Source: Candidatus Hydrogenedentota bacterium (GTDB taxonomy: Bacteria > Hydrogenedentota > Hydrogenedentia > Hydrogenedentales > SLHB01). From it: a stretch of 64,000 bases of DNA. Positions 58,701 to 64,000 of this stretch are shown here, piece after piece; position 1 is the stretch's first letter; every line of letters begins with the position of its first letter. The stretch is taken from the NCBI GenBank assembly GCA_963668025.2, contig CAXXTH010000018.1, forward strand, positions 416,001 to 480,000. The letters are read 5' to 3'. Under the pieces are notes generated by a model that was given only the letters and a program-made list of their open reading frames with translations, was not told the DNA's origin and ran no database searches. The position numbers and the translations under genes were made by a program.

Positions 58701-58970
58701 AATGAGAAGGGGTACAAGCGAGGCGTCTTCGGTTCGCCCGATGCCTATCGCGGCAGCTGCCCTGACAATGGGGCTGGCATCACGAGAAAGATCCTTCCAA
58801 TCCGGCATTTGTTCGTCGAACAGCGGATAACGCTGTATCTGGTCGATTCGGGACCATTCCGCGAGGGCGCATCCAGCCGCATACGGGTCCGTTTGAGTAC
58901 ACGATGCGGCCGCACAGGCCACCACTACGGCCAATCCAATCTTGCCTGCGCCGTTCCACGTGAACTTCAT
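55725..58970 (-). CDS. Large lipoprotein with HEAT repeats, TPR and a PQQ/BamB-like beta-propeller
   Basis: Lipobox AASC; HEAT motifs (VRAAAAIGIG, LADALARIGD); TPR motifs (LAKAYYHMGEY, AYYYRG); propeller repeats GNTLW, TGQTIW, GSSIW and GEVQW. Confidence 0.75.
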   Translation of the reverse strand: MKFTWNGAGKIGLAVVVACAAASCTQTDPYAAGCALAEWSRIDQIQRYPLFDEQMPDWKDLSRDASPIVRAAAAIGIGRTEDASLVPLLIPLLDEEKPLIRCCALWALLQMESPEIKEPLLKAIGSWDELKMEVVGYDFRSSWSRVGLPDDLPGMPLSRRQAWLEGFDQAGWQIDFKEPAFPTAHVVMCIKDSEMDSGDSLYVRTRIHNKTFTKPAGLSLPMSHGERKASSFLEGMGKWILISPSLITKNEIYEKRLFFPGDIEAAEEDLDATIAVGDMKTLDFTAITRNKPPDPGIYLLRAFGASHPVFVRIRRNEAMEAQLPGLLADLAASGENVRLLSEQRVQAAVPTLIALFREKGNEDGPLGFELADALARIGDVSAVPVLLERPSLQNNDLLGSTSGALHEFGEAAYPYYEEIILNWKQHTAPGETHNLETALTLLGPNGPEAVDQARLQLIKKFTQEAIEREHANSTERHAVNGPLRAAVVASAPKHPNEAIEAIWAVKDNDTLCSSMLQSLTWSGLRPQEARPIVEELWRRFQNEPQINPFTEKWLLRIIQTHASDILLESTKAVGSSAEALSLLGGIEYAEHPKQEIIVAKAETFLRGKSDLLVQLGLAKAYYHMGEYEKCIAMADRTLKEFEDGLVAKDPGQQRSRAYYYRGQSKAKNGDPDGGVADLKMACDLLPPAYGYDGVDESTIKAQLDIVASMPRVPGVRIRELIFTGMQLSNAARYIEFCEGRCFWIDSQKKLHCYDPVTQAHDILANLHFDVRDFMPVDESRVFAALADGTACLYEKGKVEPIWKRPLSLGFNSFLSASPQAITAADEQGNLFGIEPSSGNTLWTRTVRGTAWPSRWLRSKRGLIQQYGGGLLIPDREECPASRFDWVDATTGQTIWSHQYAFGVEQIAIGKEIVAAVGRKGDIEAVSRADGSSIWKQHLQDDGEAHLDSWSFIVNEYGADAQIYAAKRDTVWSLQLSNGEVQWRWKWNQLSGKYTQGEDDVLRPHLFPTSRALFCVMQWDANDAVWGPQELTDVVCLSHGGVPQFQATCGVLPLTSQGLQGGFIQGQKLCLLRGMLWEVWDF

Positions 58971-59113
58971 ATGAGTGTCTCCCCGCTCAATGAGCCCGCA
59001 GTCTTAATTAAATAGATTATACCATCATAGCCGTGAATGTGGGAATGCACTGGACAACACCCGGCGAGTTAATGCAAACTGCCTGGGTTCGACAAACCCG
59101 GAGGCACCGACCT

Positions 59114-60265
59114 ATGAATTCGCTTTTATCACTAGTGGTTATCCCCCTCGCCATCGCTAGTTCGAACACGGCAGGGAATCCCGATGCCGCCGCCCGCTGG
59201 CGCGTGTATGTCGGCACCTATGCACAGGGCGATGAAAAAGGCATCTACCTCCTGGAGTTTTATCCAGAATCCGGGCAACTGGCCCTGCAAGGGCGCGCCT
59301 GTGAGGCCGAGTCGCCGAGTTTCCTCGCGCTCCACCCGAGCCAGCCCGTCCTCTATGCCGTCGGCGAAATGGTGCAGCCCGAGGGCATCGTCGGGGCATA
59401 CCGCATTGATCCAAAGAGCGGCCTGCTCACCCTCATCAACCAGCAATCATCAAAAGGCACAACGCCGTGCCACCTGTCCGTCGCGCCCTCCGTAAAGCAT
59501 GTGGCGGCGGCCAACTATTCGAGCGGCGCTGTGGCGCTCTTCCCGATTCTGGCGGACGGCGGACTAGGCGAAGCCAGCGCCGTGGTCCGGCAGCAGGGCA
59601 AAGGCCCCAATGTGCAACGGCAAGAGGGCCCCCACGCCCATTCCGTAAATTTTGACGCGTCGGGCCGCTATCTCTACGCGGCGGACTTGGGCCTCGATAA
59701 GCTATTCATCTACCGATACGACCCCGATGCTGGAACGCTATCGCCCAGGGAACCGCCCTTCGTCTCGCTGCCGCCTGGTGCGGGCCCCCGCCATTTGGCC
59801 TTCCATCCGTCTGGGCGTTATGCCTATGTGGTCAACGAACTGGACAGCACGGTGGCCGCTTTTACCCGCGATTTGGACACCGGCGGCCTGCACCCAATCG
59901 GTTCCGCCAGCACGCTCCCCACGGGCTACGATGGCCACAGTACTACGGCTGAGATCCGCGTCCATCCGTCGGGCCGCTTCCTCTACGCTTCCAACCGGGG
60001 GCATGACAGCATCGCCGTGTTCTCCATCGACACCTCCAGCGGGAAACTGACGCCCCTGGGATGTACGCCCACCGGTGGGAAGACACCCCGCAATTTCAAC
60101 ATAGACCCCACGGGCCGCTACCTGCTGGCCGCCAACCAGGACTCGAACAATATCGTCGTGTTTCGGATCGATCCCGAGAAAGGCTTGCTGGAACCGACGG
60201 GGCAGAGCGTTTCGGCGCCTATGCCAGTGTGCCTTGTTTTCGCACCTGTGCCTCCCGAAAACTGA
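59114..60265 (+). CDS. Lactonase, 7-bladed beta-propeller (6-phosphogluconolactonase-like), secreted
   Basis: VYVGTY, PCHL, ANYSSG, RQEGPHAH, DLGLD, GAGPRH, YASNRGHDSI, PRNF and ANQDS motifs. Confidence 0.92.
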   Translation: MNSLLSLVVIPLAIASSNTAGNPDAAARWRVYVGTYAQGDEKGIYLLEFYPESGQLALQGRACEAESPSFLALHPSQPVLYAVGEMVQPEGIVGAYRIDPKSGLLTLINQQSSKGTTPCHLSVAPSVKHVAAANYSSGAVALFPILADGGLGEASAVVRQQGKGPNVQRQEGPHAHSVNFDASGRYLYAADLGLDKLFIYRYDPDAGTLSPREPPFVSLPPGAGPRHLAFHPSGRYAYVVNELDSTVAAFTRDLDTGGLHPIGSASTLPTGYDGHSTTAEIRVHPSGRFLYASNRGHDSIAVFSIDTSSGKLTPLGCTPTGGKTPRNFNIDPTGRYLLAANQDSNNIVVFRIDPEKGLLEPTGQSVSAPMPVCLVFAPVPPEN

Positions 60266-60339
60266 TCCTAGAAGGGAGCGGACATGGATTCAAGAGCTAA
60301 GTGCAACGAGCAGTTGTTTGCGTTGTTTTTAGAGGAATC

Positions 60340-61281
60340 TTACGGAGATTGATGCATTCCGATCGAATGCGGCTTCACTTATCGCGCAAGGAGGATCTTG
60401 TCCGGGATGTCTTGCGCGCCCATCCGGTGGAGACGAGGCTGGTCTGCGCCCTTTCGTGCGTGGAGCCTTGCAAGACTTTCGATATGCGGCGCAACCGGGA
60501 AGAGAAGAAGCTCTAGATGGTCTACCAGCTCCGCAAATGCCTACACCTGTACCATTACTACAAGTACCCCTTGTTCGGCCTGATGCACACCCAGACTCAG
60601 ATCAGGTGGCCAGCCATTATGAAGAACGCCCGGAAAGATTACGCATCAAACACGCCGTCAACGCCAATTCCGTCAAGATGTACGACAAAGGAGGATGCAG
60701 GAGGATACATCCTGCGGGTGGAGACCACCATCAACGACCCCTTTGACCTCAAGGGCCTTCGCCCGAAGGAAGGGGGAGAACCCGGCGATATCGCGCTTCG
60801 CCCCCTGCTCAAAGGCGTGGCCGATTGGGAACGCCGCGCAAAGGTTTCCCAGCGCGCCAACGAACGCTACCTCGATGCATTGAGTCATTTGGACAGGGAG
60901 ATTTCTCTTGGACAACTGCTTTCGTCTGTCACCAAACGCATCAGGCGCGGCGGGAGGGCTTTCCGAGCGTTACGCCCCTGGGATGCCGTGGACTTGCCGC
61001 TGCTTCAAGCCATCAACCGTCCCGAGCATCTCCTAAGCGGTTTCCACAATGTGGATATCAGCGCCATCCTTTTTCCCCGCGACTTGGCCAATATACACAC
61101 GAAACGCGCCGCCACGGAAAGAACCAGTTATCGTCTGAGGCTGCTGCGCGCCCATGGACTCATCGCCAAAATACCCCGTAGCCAGCGCTATAGAACCACC
61201 AAAAAAGGCCGGCAACTCTGTGCGGCCATTCTTCTTGCTCAAACAGACACGGTAAAACAACTTAACGCAAAGGCGTCCTAG
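60340..61281 (+). pseudogene. Decayed transposase-like gene (KMYDK/RVETTIN family with a C-terminal wHTH)
   Basis: Pieces in different frames: LVCALSCVEPC, stop at 60514-60516, RKCLHLYHYY, RIKHAVNANSVKMYDK, LRVETTINDP, RANERYLDAL and YRLRLLRAHGLIAKIPRSQRYRTTKKG. Confidence 0.65.
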
Positions 61282-61321
61282 AAAGTGCGAAACTTTATTA
61301 CACATATTGAGACTTAGGAAC

Positions 61322-62455
61322 CTATAGTGCCTCGCTCCAATATAGCGACTCTTGTTTCTTGATCTCTGATTCAATGTCATTCAGGAATCTTAATAGTTCC
61401 GAGAGGATTATGACATCCATGCGCTTCTCGCCGGTGTTGTCATCGTGAAACTCATGTGTGACACCGTGGAATTGACGAAGATGGAGGTTGTCTGGTAGGA
61501 GAAGTGAAACAGCCTGATATCGCTCCTTCCATCTTTCTCCCATTTCCCAGGCCACTGCTAAATTAATCGCCCTTTCATACTTCTCTTCATTTTCAAAGTC
61601 TGCTATAAGATTGTCCAGGTTGTGCTTGAACTCTATCACATATGGTTTGGAAAAAAACCTTCTGGATTCGGAGTATCCTGAATGCCGAGTGGATTATTCA
61701 ATGCGTCATAAATGTGATTCGCCAACGGTGCTCGCAAATGGTAACGGAATAGCCCGTCATACTGTTGATGGCTACTTGAAGCCATAACTCTAATTCCTCG
61801 AATTACACCTCCAGCAAGAAGCTGGTTAAAAAGAGCAATCACATCTTGCTCAGAGGATGGTGCAGCCGAAATCGAAATTTCATTTACAGGAACAAAGAAA
61901 TTAGGATTTTGCAGGGTAATGGGGTGGTTCGTTTCGTATGCCTTTTGCTCTTCAATCCATTGGTCCAACTTTAGTTCTTCTTGGTGAGCCCCCCTGGTCC
62001 TCTGTCCGTCAGCAATAGGTGACGCCATCGCTTCAGCCAACCAACCCTGCTGCAATTCGTTCGGCAAGATTTTGCAATTCCGGCTGGAATCCCTTTCTTC
62101 CTAGATCTGGCTCAGCCCCTCGAAAGTGGACTATAATATGGGATTGATTTTGGTACCCAATGTTAGACGTAAGGGGAATTATGCATAACTCCCCTTGCGG
62201 CATCGAGTTGGTTGCTAGCTGAAGTCCACCCTTGATGACCCTTAGTCCTCTTCTGAGCTTAGCAATATCGTCATTGTATTTGTCCAAGACTTTTGGCGCT
62301 GAGTAGCAAAAGAAGCCATAGGCTTCTACTCCATATTGATCTATTTGAGTCTTCTCCTCGTCAGTTAGCCGAAGTTCCTTAAGTGATTCTGAGTTCCATA
62401 TATCATATACGCCGTTCAGCCTCTTGAATTTGGGCGGCAACTTGGAAGCGCCAGA
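61322..62455 (-). pseudogene. C-terminal remnant of a probable GHKL/MORC-type ATPase fused to a PD-(D/E)xK nuclease
   Basis: Three AT-richer ORF pieces are collinear: GGLQLA..MPQG...GAEPDLGRKGF, then SEQDVIALFNQLL...YDG, then IEFK...LAVAW. This forms an E...D...ExK nuclease pattern. The 5' end is missing and there are at least 3 frameshifts. Confidence 0.55.
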
Positions 62456-62694
62456 TTATGACGCCGTCGCCGCGCAGATACCGAGCACGTTCACCGTGCT
62501 TGGTGTTGGACCAAACGGGTATCCGGTCATCGTTCTAAACGGGGAACAAGTCGAGGTTAAAGCGCAATAACAACGAAAACGATGTACGTTGACGAGCTTC
62601 CGTCCGTACAGGCACAACAGCTTGTGCGGACCCTTTTTATTGGCGAGCTTCCGCCGCGCCCGCTCCCGACCTCGAGTCCCAAGGCCTCGGCTCG

Positions 62695-63717
62695 ATGTAC
62701 ACGCCGGAGCAGCTTGCGGAACCAGGCCTACGATGCAGAATGCAGGTGCGGGATATAGCGGCACAGCACGTGGCGGGGAAGAACTGGGCGGATCTGGCGC
62801 CAGAAGAGCAACGCGTTGCCCATGAACAGTGGGCGGGTGATGTACGGGCAGAGTTCTTTAAGCCGGGCAGCATCATGAAAACCAAGGCCGATGGTAAGTA
62901 CCGGTCTTGGGTGCGGCGCGTGGCGGAGTGGATACGGCGGGTGTTGGGCAGGCTGTCGAAGTATGGGCGCGTGGCCCCTCAGTATCGGAAGAACGTGCAG
63001 CTTGCGGCGCAGGGTAAGGTGGCGGAACTGGGGGTGGAAGGCGCTGGCTCGGGTGAGATATCCGATGAAGAACGGTACTCGGCGCGGCTTCGTGATATCG
63101 ATGACTTCCCCCGGGATGACGTGGAACCGAAGCGGCTGGACGTTCGGGGACATAATCAGGTTATCAAGACAAGGGCGAAGTTTGAGTTTAATAAGTGGCC
63201 GGAGAGCGTGACGGCGGGCGATGGAGTGAAGGTTCTGTTGAAGAACCCAGAGAAGGGGAAGTTAGAGAATCGCGCCATTCATATGGTGACGTTCGATGAT
63301 CGAAACAGTGTCAATCCGAAAAAAGCAGCATGGATGCCAAATGTCCCTGATACGATTGAGAATGCCGGTGCAAAGCTTTGGGATAATGACAATAAAAATT
63401 GGATCTACGCTCGTGAGTATCGCGACGGAACTAAGCACATGGTGGTAGTGTCGCCAGATGGGCGTGTGGTAAATCATGAGGTGGGGAAAGGAAAGCTCAT
63501 CACTCAGTTTCCTGGGAATAAACGAGGAAGGCAATATGATATGGACGTCATCTGGCGCAGACCAGCGCCAGATGACCCCTACGGTCATGGGCGGCGTCCG
63601 AGCGTCCCCAAGCCGACGCCTCCCGCCTCAGCGATCCCGGACTCTCGACGGGAGGAATTCCGCAATCAGCCTATCACTGGCGGCGAAAAAACGCAAGGGG
63701 GCGAGCGGCAGCGGTGA
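62695..63717 (+). CDS. Fragment of a phage/ICE large polyvalent protein with a BECR (PBECR-like) nuclease domain
   Basis: 'ERYSAR' linker, then AIHMV...WMPNVPDTIEN...IYAREY...HMVVVS...LITQFP. Probably truncated at both ends. Confidence 0.45.
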   Translation: MYTPEQLAEPGLRCRMQVRDIAAQHVAGKNWADLAPEEQRVAHEQWAGDVRAEFFKPGSIMKTKADGKYRSWVRRVAEWIRRVLGRLSKYGRVAPQYRKNVQLAAQGKVAELGVEGAGSGEISDEERYSARLRDIDDFPRDDVEPKRLDVRGHNQVIKTRAKFEFNKWPESVTAGDGVKVLLKNPEKGKLENRAIHMVTFDDRNSVNPKKAAWMPNVPDTIENAGAKLWDNDNKNWIYAREYRDGTKHMVVVSPDGRVVNHEVGKGKLITQFPGNKRGRQYDMDVIWRRPAPDDPYGHGRRPSVPKPTPPASAIPDSRREEFRNQPITGGEKTQGGERQR

Positions 63718-64000
63718 AGAATAGCGGCGCCCCAGGGTCAGGCGTTGAGGTGATGCGGGTTAGACGGGGGGTGGCGAGGCCGACAGGCGACAGGAGGGGC
63801 AGCGGCTGTGCGTAAAGCCGGTGAATGGATGGGCGAGACGTGTAGGGCGGCGGCGCAACCGGGAACGCGCGGGCGCCCTATGCGGAACTGAAGCGGATCT
63901 GGATGGCCTCGGTGCAGAGGGCGTCATATTGTTCGCGGGACAGGGTGGCGTTGCGCAGGGCTTCGAGGAGGCGATGGGCAAGGTTTCTGGCGGAGCCAAA
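63709..64000 (-). mobile_element. Probable end of an IS element: transposase C-terminus (63878-64000) and candidate terminal repeat near 63709-63727
   Basis: An open minus frame from the window edge reads FGSARNLAHRLLEALRNATLSREQYDALCTEAIQIRFSSA*, resembling transposase C-termini. CAGCGGTGAAGAATAGCGG supplies the stop of the upstream ORF. Confidence 0.4.

Noticed and set aside
60514-60516. In-frame TAG as pyrrolysine or recoding
   Set aside because: The same gene also has a deletion and a frameshift, and other genes end normally at TAG, so this is simple decay.
63920-64000. Plus-frame ILFAGQGGVAQGF resembling C5-methyltransferase motif I
   Set aside because: No convincing start or RBS, and the opposite strand gives a more protein-like open frame ending in a stop at 63878.

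Overview
Bacterial chromosomal window, GC-rich. Gene content (DUF1559 prepilins with '[24 protein letters not shown]', 'GCP' lipoproteins, a PASTA protein) suggests Candidatus Hydrogenedentota or a similar diderm lineage; this is an inference. From left to right it holds: (1) a secreted S8 protease running off the left edge; (2) an IS1380-type element with 23-bp TIRs and a frameshifted transposase; (3) an rnfB-PFOR-rnfCDGEA operon with a sigma-54 promoter, where a ferredoxin-fused PFOR sits inside the Rnf genes; (4) an operon of two large Ig-like/vWA surface lipoproteins plus an LRR lipoprotein, and a 55-aa small protein; (5) mixed genes (VOC, aldo-keto reductase, GH172, PAS-GGDEF, TM-HEPN, HD hydrolase, ArnT-like GT); (6) a ~22-kb glycan-utilisation locus (2x GH5, GH95, sugar ABC, EryC-like epimerase, FGGY kinase, sulfatase, LPVAG-tailed PASTA protein) headed by three tandem DUF1559 pilin-like genes, which share a palindromic operator with the divergent GntR-LacI regulator; (7) a HEAT-TPR-propeller lipoprotein and a lactonase; (8) a decayed mobile/defence region at the right edge. 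No rRNA, tRNA or CRISPR array was seen. The best novel-system candidates are the pilin-headed PUL-like locus and the PFOR-embedded Rnf operon. All family assignments come from recalled motifs, not database searches.
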